A stretch of DNA of 64,000 bases, taken from NCBI RefSeq assembly GCF_009914755.1, contig NC_060925.1. One strand, written 5' to 3'. This DNA is from the human T2T-CHM13v2.0 reference genome, Homo sapiens. Position numbers and translations under genes: made by a program. This document shows, in pieces, positions 28,161 through 43,228 of this stretch. Every line of letters begins with the position of its first letter. Positions within the stretch are counted from its first letter, which is position 1. The notes under the pieces are model-generated. The model had not been told where the DNA came from, did not search any database, and was given only the letters and a program-made list of their open reading frames with translations.

Positions 28161-31100
28161 ATGGAATCGTCATCGAATGAATTGAATGCAATCATCGAAT
28201 GGTCTCGAATGGAATCATCTTCTAATGGAAAGGAATGGAATCATCGCATAGAATCGAATGGAATTATCATCGAATGGAATCGAATGGTATCAACACCAAA
28301 CGGAAAAAAACGGAATTATCGAATGGAATCGAAGAGAATCTTCGAACGGACCCGAATGGAATCATCTAATGGAATGGAATGGAATAATCCATGGACTCGA
28401 ATGCAATCATCATCGAATGGAATCGAATGGAGTCATCGAATGGACTCGAATGGAATAATCATTGAACGGAATCGAATGGAAACATCATCGGATGGAAACG
28501 AATGGAATCATCATCGAATGGAAATGAAAGGAGTCATCATCTAATGGAATTGCATGGAATCATCATAAAATGGAATCGAATGGAATCAACATCAAATGGA
28601 ATCAAATGGAATCATTGAACGGAATTGAATGGAATCGTCATCGAATGAATTGACTGCAATCATCGAATGGTCTCGAATGGAATCATCTTCAAATGGAATG
28701 GAATGGAATCATCGCATAGAATCGAATGGAATTATCATCGAATGGAATCGAATGGAATCAACATCAAACGGAAAAAAACAGAATTATCGTATGGAATCTA
28801 AGAGAATCATCGAATGGACCCGAATGGAATCATCTAATGGAATGGAATGGAATAATCCATGGACTCGAATGCAATCATCATCGAATGGAATCGAATGGAA
28901 TCATCGAATGGACTCGAATGGAATAATCATTGAACGGAATCGAATGGAATCATCATCGGATGGAAATGAATGGAATCATCATCGAATGGAATCGAATAGA
29001 ATTATGGAATGAAATCCAGTGTGATCATCATCGAATGGACCCGAATGGAATCATCATCCAACGGAAGCTAATGGAATCAACATCGAATGAATCGAATGGA
29101 AACACCATCGAATTGAAACGAATGGAATTATCATGAAATTGAAATGGATGGACACATCATCGAATGGATTCGAATGGAATCATCGAATAAAATTGATTGA
29201 AATCATCATCAAATGGAATCGAATGGTATCATTGAATGGAATCGAATGGAATCATCATCAGATGGAAATGAATGGAATCGTCATAGAATGGAATCGAATG
29301 GATTCATTGAATGGAATCAGATGGAATCATCGAATGGACTGGAATGGAATCATTGAATGGACTCGAAAGGGATCATGATTGAATGGAATTGAATGGAATC
29401 ATCGAATGGTCTCGATTGGAATCATTATCAAATGGAATCGAATGGAATCACCGAATAGAATCGAATGGAACAATCATCGAATGGACTCAAATGGAATTAT
29501 CCTCAAATGGAATCGAATGGAATTATCGAATGCAATCGAATGGAATTATCGAATGCAATCGAATAGAATCATCGAAAGGACTCGAATGGAATCATCGAAT
29601 GGAATGGAATGGAACAGTCAATGAACTCGAATGGAATCATCATTGAATGGAATCGAATGGAATCATCGAGTGGAATCGAATGGAATTATGATCAAATGGA
29701 ATCGAATGTATTCATCATCAAATGGAATCAAAAATAACCATCATCAATTGGTATTGAATGGAATTGTCATCAAATGGAATTCAAAGGAATCATCATCAAA
29801 TGGAACCGAATGGAATCCTCATTGAATGGAAATGAAAGGGGTCATCATCTAATGGAATCGCATGGAATCATCATCAAATGGAATCGAATGGAATCATCAT
29901 CAAATGGAATCTAATGGAATCATTGAACAGAATTGAATGGAATCGTCATCGAATGAATTGAATGCAATCATCGAATGGTCTCGAATGGAATCATCTTCTA
30001 ATGGAAAGGAATGGAATCATCGCATAGAATCGAATGGAATTATCATCGAATGGAATCGAATGGTATCAACACCAAACGGAAAAAAACGGAATTATCGAAT
30101 GGAATCGAAGAGAATCTTCGAACGGACGCGAATGGAATCATCTAATGGAATGGAATGGAATAATCCATGGACTCGAATGCAATCATCATCGAATGGAATG
30201 GAATGGAATCATCGAATGGACTCGAATGGAATAATCATTGAACGGAATCGAATGGAATCATCATCGGATGGAAACGAATGGAATCATCATCGAATGGAAA
30301 TGAAAGGAGTCATCATCTAATGGAATTGCATGGAATCATCATAAAATGGAATCGAATGGAATCAACATCAAATGGAATCAAATGGAATCATTGAACGGAA
30401 TTGAATGGAATCGTCATCGAATGAATTGACTGCAATCATCGAATGTTCTCGAATGGAATCATCTTCAAATGAAATGGAATGGAATCATCGCATAGAATCG
30501 AATGGAATTATCATCGAATGGAATCGAATGGAATCAACATCAAACGGAAAAAAACGGAATTATCGTATGGAATCGAAGAGAATCATCGAATGGACCCGAA
30601 TGGAATCATCTAATGGAATGGAATGGAATAATCCATGGACTCGAATGCAATCATCATCGAATGAAATCGAATGGAATCATCGAATGGACTCGAATGGAAT
30701 AATCATTGAACGGAATCGAATGGAATCATCATCGGATGGAAATGAATGGAATCATCATCGAATGGAATCGAATAGAATTATGGAATGAAATCCAGTGTGA
30801 TCATCATCGAATGGACCCGAATGGAATCATCATCCAACGGAAGCTAATGGAATCAACATCGAATGAATCGAATGGAAACACCATCGAATTGAAACGAATG
30901 GAATTATCATGAAATTGAAATGGATGGACTCATCATCGAATGGATTCGAATGGAATCATCGAATAAAATTGATTGAAATCATCATCGAATGGAATCGAAT
31001 GGTATCATTGAATGGAATCGAATGGAATCATCATCAGATGGAAATGAATGGAATCGTCATAGAATGGAATCGAATGGATTCATTGAATGGAATCAGATGG

Positions 31101-31712
31101 AATCATCGAATGGACTGGAATGGAATCATTGAATGGACTCGAAAGGGATCATGATTGAATGGAATTGAATGGAATCATCGAATGGTCTCGATTGGAATCA
31201 TTATCAAATGGAATCGAATGGAATCACCGAATAGAATCGAATGGAACAATCATCGAATGGACTCAAATGGAATTATCCTCAAATGGAATCGAATTCAATT
31301 ATCGAATGCAATCGAATGGAATTATCGAATGCAATCGAATAGAATCATCGAAAGGACTCGAATGGAATCATCGAATGGAATGGAATGGAACAGTCAATGA
31401 ACTCGAATGGAATCATCATTGAATGGAATCGAATAGAATCATCGAGTGGAATCGAATGGAATTATGATCAAATGGAATCGAATGTAATCATCATCAAATG
31501 GAATCAAAAATAACCATCATCAATTGGTATTGAATGGAATTGTCATCAAATGGAATTCAAAGGAATCATCATCAAATGGAACCGAATGGAATCCTCATTG
31601 AATGGAAATGAAAGGGGTCATCATCTAATGGAATCGCATGGAATCATCATCAAATGGAATCGAATGGAATCATCATCAAATGGAATCTAATGGAATCATT
31701 GAACAGAATTGA

Positions 31713-33043
31713 ATGGAATCGTCATCGAATGAATTGAATGCAATCATCGAATGGTCTCGAATGGAATCATCTTCTAATGGAAAGGAATGGAATCATCGCA
31801 TAGAATCAAATGGAATTATCATCGAATGGAATCGAATGGTATCAACACCAAACGGAAAAAAACGGAATTATCGAATGGAATCGAAGAGAATCTTCGAACG
31901 GACCCGAATGGAATCATCTAATGGAATGGAATGGAATAATCCATGGACTCGAATGCAATCACCATCGAATGGAATCGAATGGAATCATCGAATGGACTCG
32001 AATGGAATAATCATTGAACGGAATTGAATGGAATCATCATCGGATGGAAATGAATGGAATCATCATCGAATGGAATCGAATAGAATTATGGAATGAAATC
32101 CAGTGTGATCATCATCGAATGGACCCGAATGGAATCATCATCCAACGGAAGCTAATGGAATCAACATCGAATGAATCGAATGGAAACACCATCGAATTGA
32201 AACGAATGGAATTATCATGAAATTGAAATGGATGGACTCATCATCGAATGGATTCGAATGGAATCATCGAATAAAATTGATTGAAATCATCATCAAATGG
32301 AATCGAATGGTATCATTGAATGGAATCGAATGGAATCATCATCAGATGGAAATGAATGGAATCGTCATAGAATGGAATCGAATGGATTCATTGAATGGAA
32401 TCAGATGGAATCATCGAATGGACTGGAATGGAATCATTGAATGGACTCGAAAGGCATCATTATTGAATGGAATTGAATGGAATCATCGAATGGTCTCGAT
32501 TGGAATCATTACCAAATGGAATCGAATGGAATCACCGAATAGAATCGAATGGAACAATCATCGAATGGACTCAAATGGAATTATCCTCCAATGGAATCGA
32601 ATGGAATTATCGAATGCAATCGAATGGAATTATCGAATGCAATCGAATGGAATTATCGAATGCAATCGAATAGAATCATCGAATGGACTCGAATGGAATC
32701 ATCGAATGGAATGGAATGGAACAGTCAATGAACTCGAATGGAATCATCATTGAATGGAATCGAATGGAATCATCGAGTGGAATCGAATGGAATTATGATC
32801 AAATGGAATCGAATGTAATCATCATCAAATGGAATCAAAAATAACCATCATCAATTGGTATTGAATGGAATTGTCATCAAATGGAATTCAAAGGAATCAT
32901 CATCAAATGGAACCGAATGGAATCCTTATTGAATGGAAATGAAAGGGGTCATCATCTAATGGAATCGCATGGAATCATCATCAAATGGAATCGAATGGAA
33001 TCATCATCAAATGGAATCTAATGGAATCATTGAACAGAATTGA
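31713..33043 (+). repeat. 1331-bp variant monomer, copy 3
   Basis: Spacing 31713 to 33044; triple 23-mer at 32599-32667; carries the 'aaggcatcatt' variant. Confidence 0.92.
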
Positions 33044-36000
33044 ATGGAATCGTCATCGAATGAATTGAATGCAATCATCGAATGGTCTCGAATGGAATCA
33101 TCTTCTAATGGAAAGGAATGGAATCATCGCATAGAATCGAATGGAATTATCATCGAATGGAATCGAATGGTATCAACACCAAACGGAAAAAAACGGAATT
33201 ATCGAATGGAATCGAAGAGAATCTTCGAACGGACCCGAATGGAATCATCTAATGGAATGGAATGGAATAATCCATGGACTCGAATGCAATCATCATCGAA
33301 TGGAATCGAATGGAGTCATCGAATGGACTCGAATGGAATAATCATTGAACGGAATCGAATGGAATCATCATCGGATGGAAACGAATGGAATCATCATCGA
33401 ATGGAAATGAAAGGAGTCATCATCTAATGGAATTGCATGGAATCATCATAAAATGCAATCGAATGGAATCAACATCAAATGGAATCAAATGGAATCATTG
33501 AACGGAATTGAATGGAATCGTCATCGAATGAATTGACTGCAATCATCGAATGGTCTCGAATGGAATCATCTTCAAATGGAATGGAATGGAATCATCGCAT
33601 AGAATCGAATGGAATTATCATCGAATGGAATCGAATGGAATCAACATCAAACGGAAAAAAACGGAATTATCGAATGGAATCGAAGAGAATCATCGAATGG
33701 ACCCGAATGGAATCATCTAATGGAATGGAATGGAATAATCCATGGACTCGAATGCAATCATCATCGAATGGAATCGAATGGAATCATCGAATGGACTCGA
33801 ATGGAATAATCATTGAACGGAATCGAATGGAATCATCATCGGATGGAAATGAATGGAATCATCATCGAATGGAATCGAATAGAATTATGGAATGAAATCC
33901 AGTGTGATCATCATCGAATGGACCCGAATGGAATCATCATCCAACGGAAGCTAATGGAATCAACATCGAATGAATCGAATGGAAACACCATCGAATTGAA
34001 ACGAATGGAATTATCATGAAATTGAAATGGATGGACTCATCATCGAATGGATTCGAATGGAATCATCGAATAAAATTGATTGAAATCATCATCCAATGGA
34101 ATCGAATGGTATCATTGAATGGAAACGAATGGAATCATCATCAGATGGAAATGAATGGAATCGTCATAGAATGGAATCGAATGGATTCATTGAATGGAAT
34201 CAGATGGAATCATCGAATGGACTGGAATGGAATCATTGAATGGACTCGAAAGGGATCATTATTGAATGGAATTGAATGGAATCATCGAATGGTCTCGATT
34301 GGAATCATTATCAAATGGAATCGAATGGAATCACCGAATAGAATCGAATGGAACAATCATCGAATGGACTCAAATGGAATTATCCTCCAATGGAATCGAA
34401 TGGAATTATCGAATGCAATCGAATGGAATTATCGAATGCAATCGAATAGAATCATCGAATGGACTCGAATGGAATCATCGAATGGAATGGAATGGAACAG
34501 TCAATGAACTCGAATGGAATCATCATTGAATGGAATCGAATGGAATCATCGAGTGGAATCGAATGGAATTATGATCAAATGGAATCGAATGTAATCATCA
34601 TCAAATGGAATCAAAAATAACCATCATCAATTGGTATTGAATGGAATTGTCATCAAATGGAATTCAAAGGAATCATCATCAAATGGAACCGAATGGAATC
34701 CTCATTGAATGGAAATGAAAGGGGTCATCATCTAATGGAATCGCATGGAATCATCATCAAATGGAATCGAATGGAATCATCATCAAATGGAATCTAATGG
34801 AATCATTGAACAGAATTGAATGGAATCGTCATCGAATGAATTGAATGCAATCATCGAATGGTCTCGAATGGAATCATCTTCTAATGGAAAGGAATGGAAT
34901 CATCGCATAGAATCGAATGGAATTATCATCGAATGGAATCGAATGGTATCAACACCAAACGGAAAAAAACGGAATTATCGAATGGAATCGAAGAGAATCT
35001 TCGAACGGACCCGAATGGAATCATCTAATGGAATGGAATGGAATAATCCATGGACTCGAATGCAATCATCATCGAATGGAATCGAATGGAATCATCGAAT
35101 GGACTCGAATGGAATAATCATTGAACGGAATCGAATGGAATCATCATCGGATGGAAATGAATGGAATCATCATCGAATGGAAATGAAAGGAGTCATCATC
35201 TAATGGAATTGCATGGAATCATTATAAAATGGAATCGAATGGAATCAACATCAAATGGAATCAAATGGAATCATTGAACGGAATTGAATGGAATCGTCAT
35301 CGAATGAATTGACTGCAATCATCGAATGGTCTCGAATGGAATCATCTTCAAATGGAATGGAATGGAATCATCGCATAGAATCGAATGGAATTATCATCGA
35401 ATGGAATCGAATGGAATCAACATCAAACGGAAAAAAACGGAATTATCGAATGGAATCGAAGAGAATCATCGAATGGACCCGAATGGAATCATCTAATGGA
35501 ATGGAATGGAATAATCCATGGACTCGAATGCAATCATCATCGAATGGAATCGAATGGAATCATCGAATGGACTCGAATGGAATAATCATTGAACGGAATC
35601 GAATGGAATCATCATCGGATGGAAATGAATGGAATCATCATCGAATGGAATCGAATAGAATTATGGAATGAAATCCAGTGTGATCATCATCGAATGGACC
35701 CGAATGGAATCATCATCCAACGGAAGCTAATGGAATCAACATCGAATGAATCGAATGGAAACACCATCGAATTGAAACGAATGGAATTATCATGAAATTG
35801 AAATGGATGGACTCATCATCGAATGGATTCGAATGGAATCATCGAATAAAATTGATTGAAATCATCATCCAATGGAATCGAATGGTATCATTGAATGGAA
35901 TCGAATGGAATCATCATCAGATGGAAATGAATGGAATCGTCATAGAATGGAATCGAATGGATTCATTGAATGGAATCAGATGGAATCATCGAATGGACTG

Positions 36001-39000
36001 GAATGGAATCATTGAATGGACTCGAAAGGGATCATTATTGAATGGAATTGAATGGAATCATCGAATGGTCTCGATTGGAATCATTACCAAATGGAATCGA
36101 ATGGAATCACCGAATAGAATCGAATGGAACAATCATCGAATGGACTCAAATGGAATTATCCTCAAATGGAATCGAATGGAATTATCGAATGCAATCGAAT
36201 GGAATTATCGAATGCAATCGAATAGAATCATCGAATGGACTCGAATGGAATCATCGAATGGAATGGAATGGAACAGTCAATGAACTCGAATGGAATCATC
36301 ATTGAATGGAATCGAATGGAATCATCGAGTGGAATCGAATGTAATCATCATCAAATGGAATCAAAAATAACCATCATCAATTGGTATTGAATGGAATTGT
36401 CATCAAATGGAATTCAAAGGAATCATCATCAAATGGAACCGAATGGTATCCTCATTGAATGGAAATGAAAGGGGTCATCATCTAATGGAATCGCATGGAA
36501 TCATCATCAAATGGAATCGAATGGAATCATCATCAAATGGAATCTAATGGAATCATTGAACAGAATTGAATGGAATCGTCATCGAATGAATTGAATGCAA
36601 TCATCGAATGGTCTCGAATGGAATCATCTTCTAATGGAAAGGAATGGAATCATCGCATAGAATCGAATGGAATTATCATCGAATGGAATCAAATGGTATC
36701 AACACCAAACGGAAAAAAACGGAATTATCGAATGGAATCGAAGAGAATCTTCGAACGGACCCGAATGGAATCATCTAATGGAATGGAATGGAATAATCCA
36801 TGGACTCGAATGCAATCATCATCGAATGGAATGGAATGGAATCTTCGAATGGACTCGAATGGAATAATCATTGAACGGAATCGAATGGAATCATCATCGG
36901 ATGGAAACGAATGGAATCATCATCGAATGGAAATGAAAGGAGTCATCATCTAATGGAATTGCATGGAATCATCATAAAATGGAATCGAATGGAATCAACA
37001 TCAAATGGAATCAAATGGAATCATTGAACGGAATTGAATGGAATCGTCATCGAATGAATTGACTGCAATCATCGAATGGTCTCGAATGGAATCATCTTCA
37101 AATGGAATGGAATGGAATCATCGCATAGAATCGAATGGAATTATCATCGAATGGAATCGAATGGAATCAACATCAAACGGAAAAAAACGGAATTATCGAA
37201 TGGAATCGAAGAGAATCATCGAATGGACCCGAATGGAATCATCTAATGGAATGGAATGGAATAATCCATGGACTCGAATGCAATCATCATCGAATGGAAT
37301 CGAATGGAATCATCGAATGGACTCGAATGGAATAATCATTGAACGGAATCGAATGGAATCATCATCGGATGGAAATGAATGGAATCATCATCGAATGGAA
37401 TCGAATAGAATTATGGAATGAAATCCAGTGTGATCATCATCGAATGGACCCGAATGGAATCATCATCCAACGGAAGCTAATGGAATCAACATCGAATGAA
37501 TCGAATGGAAACACCATCGAATTGAAACGAATGGAATTATCATGAAATTGAAATGGATGGACTCATCATCGAATGGATTCGAATGGAATCATCGAATAAA
37601 ATTGATTGAAATCATCATCCAATGGAATCGAATGGTATCATTGAATGGAAACGAATGGAATCATCATGAGATGGAAATGAATGGAATCGTCATAGAATGG
37701 AATCGAATGGATTCATTGAATGGAATCAGATGGAATCATCGAATGGACTGGAATGGAATCATTGAATGGACTCGAAAGGGATCATGATTGAATGGAATTG
37801 AATGGAATCATCGAATGGTCTCGATTGGAATCATTATCAAATGGAATCGAATGGAATCACCGAATAGAATCGAATGGAACAATCATCGAATGGACTCAAA
37901 TGGAATTATCCTCCAATGGAATCGAATGGAATTATCGAATGCAATCGAATGGAATTATCGAATGCAATCGAATAGAATCATCGAATGGACTCGAATGGAA
38001 TCATCGAATGGAATGGAATGGAACAGTCAATGAACTCGAATGGAATCATCATTGAATGGAATCGAATGGAATCATCGAGTGGAATCGAATGGAATTATGA
38101 TCAAATGGAATCGAATGTAATCATCATCAAATGGAATCAAAAATAACCATCATCAATTGGTATTGAATGGAATTGTCATCAAATGGAATTCAAAGGAATC
38201 ATCATCAAATGGAACCGAATGGAATCCTCATTGAATGGAAATGAAAGGGGTCATCATCTAATGGAATCGCATGGAATCATCATCAAATGGAATCGAATGG
38301 AATCATCATCAAATGGAATCTAATGGAATCATTGAACAGAATTGAATGGAATCGTCATCGAATGAATTGAATGCAATCATCGAATGGTCTCGAATGGAAT
38401 CATCTTCTAATGGAAAGGAATGGAATCATCGCATAGAATCGAATGGAATTATCATCGAATGGAATCGAATGGTATCAACACCAAACGGAAAAAAACGGAA
38501 TTATCGAATGGAATCGAAGAGAATCTTCGAACGGACCCGAATGGAATCATCTAATGGAATGGAATGGAATAATCCATGGACTCGAATGCAATCATCATCG
38601 AATGGAATGGAATGGAATCATCGAATGGACTCGAATGGAATAATCATTGAACGGAATCGAATGGAATCATCATCGGATGGAAACGAATGGAATCATCATC
38701 GAATGGAAATGAAAGGAGTCATCATCTAATGGAATTGCATGGAATCATCATAAAATGGAATCGAATGGAATCAACATCAAATGGAATCAAATGGAATCAT
38801 TGAACGGAATTGAATGGAATCGTCATCGAATGAATTGACTGCAATCATCGAATGGTCTCGAATGGAATCATCTTCAAATGGAATGGAATGGAATCATCGC
38901 ATAGAATCGAATGGAATTATCATCGAATGGAATCGAATGGAATCAACATCAAACGGAAAAAAACGGAATTATCGAATGGAATCGAAGAGAATCATCGAAT

Positions 39001-41897
39001 GGACCCGAATGGAATCATCTAATGGAATGGAATGGAATAATCCATGGACTCGAATGCAATCATCATCGAATGGAATCGAATGGAATCATCGAATGGACTC
39101 GAATGGAATAATCATTGAACGGAATCGAATGGAATCATCATCGGATGGAAATGAATGGAATCATCATCGAATGGAATCGAATAGAATTATGGAATGAAAT
39201 CCAGTGTGATCATCATCGAATGGACCCGAATGGAATCATCATCCAACGGAAGCTAATGGAATCAACATCGAATGAATCGAATGGAAACACCATCGAATTG
39301 AAACGAATGGAATTATCATGAAATTGAAATGGATGGACTCATCATCGAATGGATTCGAATGGAATCATCGAATAAAATTGATTGAAATCATCATCGAATG
39401 GAATCGAATGGTATCATTGAATGGAATCGAATGGAATCATCATCAGATGGAAATGAATGGAATCGTCATAGAATGGACTCGAATGGATTCATTGAATGGA
39501 ATCAGATGGAATCATCGAATGGACTGGAATGGAATCATTGAATGGACTCGAAAGGGATCATGATTGAATGGAATTGAATGGAATCATCGAATGGTCTCGA
39601 TTGGAATCATTATCAAATGGAATCGAATGGAATCACCGAATAGAATCGAATGGAACAATCATCGAATGGACTCAAATGGAATTATCCTCAAATGGAATCG
39701 AATGGAATTATCGAATGCAATCGAATGGAATTATCGAATGCAATCGAATAGAATCATCGAAAGGACTCGAATGGAATCATCGAATGGAATGGAATGGAAC
39801 AGTCAATGAACTCGAATGGAATCATCATTGAATGGAATCGAATGGAATCATCGAGTGGAATCGAATGGAATTATGATCAAATGGAATCGAATGTATTCAT
39901 CATGAAATGGAATCAAAAATAACCATCATCAATTGGTATTGAATGGAATTGTCATCAAATGGAATTCAAAGGAATCATCATCAAATGGAACCGAATGGAA
40001 TCCTCATTGAATGGAAATGAAAGGGGTCATCATCTAATGGAATCGCATGGAATCATCATCAAATGGAATCGAATGGAATCATCATCAAATGGAATCTAAT
40101 GGAATCATTGAACAGAATTGAATGGAATCGTCATCGAATGAATTGAATGCAATCATCGAATGGTCTCGAATGGAATCATCTTCTAATGGAAAGGAATGGA
40201 ATCATCGCATAGAATCGAATGGAATTATCATCGAATGGAATCGAATGGTATCAACACCAAACGGAAAAAAACGGAATTATCGAATGGAATCGAAGAGAAT
40301 CTTCGAACGGACGCGAATGGAATCATCTAATGGAATGGAATGGAATAATCCATGGACTCGAATGCAATCATCATCGAATGGAATGGAATGGAATCATCGA
40401 ATGGACTCGAATGGAATAATCATTGAACGGAATCGAATGGAATCATCATCGGATGGAAACGAATGGAATCATCATCGAATGGAAATGAAAGGAGTCATCA
40501 TCTAATGGAATTGCATGGAATCATCATAAAATGGAATCGAATGGAATCAACATCAAATGGAATCAAATGGAATCATTGAACGGAATTGAATGGAATCGTC
40601 ATCGAATGAATTGACTGCAATCATCGAATGTTCTCGAATGGAATCATCTTCAAATGAAATGGAATGGAATCATCGCATAGAATCGAATGGAATTATCATC
40701 GAATGGAATCGAATGGAATCAACATCAAACGGAAAAAAACGGAATTATCGTATGGAATCGAAGAGAATCATCGAATGGACCCGAATGGAATCATCTAATG
40801 GAATGGAATGGAATAATCCATGGACTCGAATGCAATCATCATCGAATGAAATCGAATGGAATCATCGAATGGACTCGAATGGAATAATCATTGAACGGAA
40901 TCGAATGGAATCATCATCGGATGGAAATGAATGGAATCATCATCGAATGGAATCGAATAGAATTATGGAATGAAATCCAGTGTGATCATCATCGAATGGA
41001 CCCGAATGGAATCATCATCCAACGGAAGCTAATGGAATCAACATCGAATGAATCGAATGGAAACACCATCGAATTGAAACGAATGGAATTATCATGAAAT
41101 TGAAATGGATGGACTCATCATCGAATGGATTCGAATGGAATCATCGAATAAAATTGATTGAAATCATCATCGAATGGAATCGAATGGTATCATTGAATGG
41201 AATCGAATGGAATCATCATCAGATGGAAATGAATGGAATCGTCATAGAATGGAATCGAATGCATTCATTGAATGGAATCAGATGGAATCATCGAATGGAC
41301 TGGAATGGAATCATTGAATGGACTCGAAAGGGATCATGATTGAATGGAATTGAATGGAATCATCGAATGGTCTCGATTGGAATCATTATCAAATGGAATC
41401 GAATGGAATCACCGAATAGAATCGAATGGAACAATCATCGAATGGACTCAAATGGAATTATCCTCAAATGGAATCGAATTCAATTATCGAATGCAATCGA
41501 ATGGAATTATCGAATGCAATCGAATAGAATCATCGAAAGGACTCGAATGGAATCATCGAATGGAATGGAATGGAACAGTCAATGAACTCGAATGGAATCA
41601 TCATTGAATGGAATCGAATGGAATCATCGAGTGGAATCGAATGGAATTATGATCAAATGGAATCGAATGTAATCATCATCAAATGGAATCAAAAATAACC
41701 ATCATCAATTGGTATTGAATGGAATTGTCATCAAATGGAATTCAAAGGAATCATCATCAAATGGAACCGAATGGAATCCTCATTGAATGGAAATGAAAGG
41801 GGTCATCATCTAATGGAATCGCATGGAATCATCATCAAATGGAATCGAATGGAATCATCATCAAATGGAATCTAATGGAATCATTGAACAGAATTGA

Positions 41898-43228
41898 ATG
41901 GAATCGTCATCGAATGAATTGAATGCAATCATCGAATGGTCTCGAATGGAATCATCTTCTAATGGAAAGGAATGGAATCATCGCATAGAATCGAATGGAA
42001 TTATCATCGAATGGAATCGAATGGTATCAACACCAAACGGAAAAAAACGGAATTATCGAATGGAATCGAAGAGAATCTTCGAACGGACCCGAATGGAATC
42101 ATCTAATGGAATGGAATGGAATAATCCATGGACTCGAATGCAATCACCATCGAATGGAATCGAATGGAATCATCGAATGGACTCGAATGGAATAATCATT
42201 GAACGGAATCGAATGGAATCATCATCGGATGGAAATGAATGGAATCATCATCGAATGGAATCGAATAGAATTATGGAATGAAATCCAGTGTGATCATCAT
42301 CGAATGGACCCGAATGGAATCATCATCCAACGGAAACTAATGGAATCAACATCGAATGAATCGAATGGAAACACCATCGAATTGAAACGAATGGAATTAT
42401 CATGAAATTGAAATGGATGGACTCATCATCGAATGGATTCGAATGGAATCATCGAATAAAATTGATTGAAATCATCATCAAATGGAATCGAATGGTATCA
42501 TTGAATGGAATCGAATGGAATCATCATCAGATGGAAATGAATGGAATCGTCATAGAATGGAATCGAATGGATTCATTGAATGGAATCAGATGGAATCATC
42601 GAATGGACTGGAATGGAATCATTGAATGGACTCGAAAGGCATCATTATTGAATGGAATTGAATGGAATCATCGAATGGTCTCGATTGGAATCATTACCAA
42701 ATGGAATCGAATGGAATCACCGAATAGAATCGAATGGAACAATCATCGAATGGACTCAAATGGAATTATCCTCCAATGGAATCGAATGGAATTATCGAAT
42801 GCAATCGAATGGAATTATCGAATGCAATCGAATGGAATTATCGAATGCAATCGAATAGAATCATCGAATGGACTCGAATGGAATCATCGAATGGAATGGA
42901 ATGGAACAGTCAATGAACTCGAATGGAATCATCATTGAATGGAATCGAATGGAATCATCGAGTGGAATCGAATGGAATTATGATCAAATGGAATCGAATG
43001 TAATCATCATCAAATGGAATCAAAAATAACCATCATCAATTGGTATTGAATGGAATTGTCATCAAATGGAATTCAAAGGAATCATCATCAAATGGAACCG
43101 AATGGAATCCTCATTGAATGGAAATGAAAGGGGTCATCATCTAATGGAATCGCATGGAATCATCATCAAATGGAATCGAATGGAATCATCATCAAATGGA
43201 ATCTAATGGAATCATTGAACAGAATTGA
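41898..43228 (+). repeat. 1331-bp variant monomer, copy 4
   Basis: Spacing 41898 to 43229; triple 23-mer at 42784-42852; shares 'aaggcatcatt' with copy 3. Confidence 0.92.
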
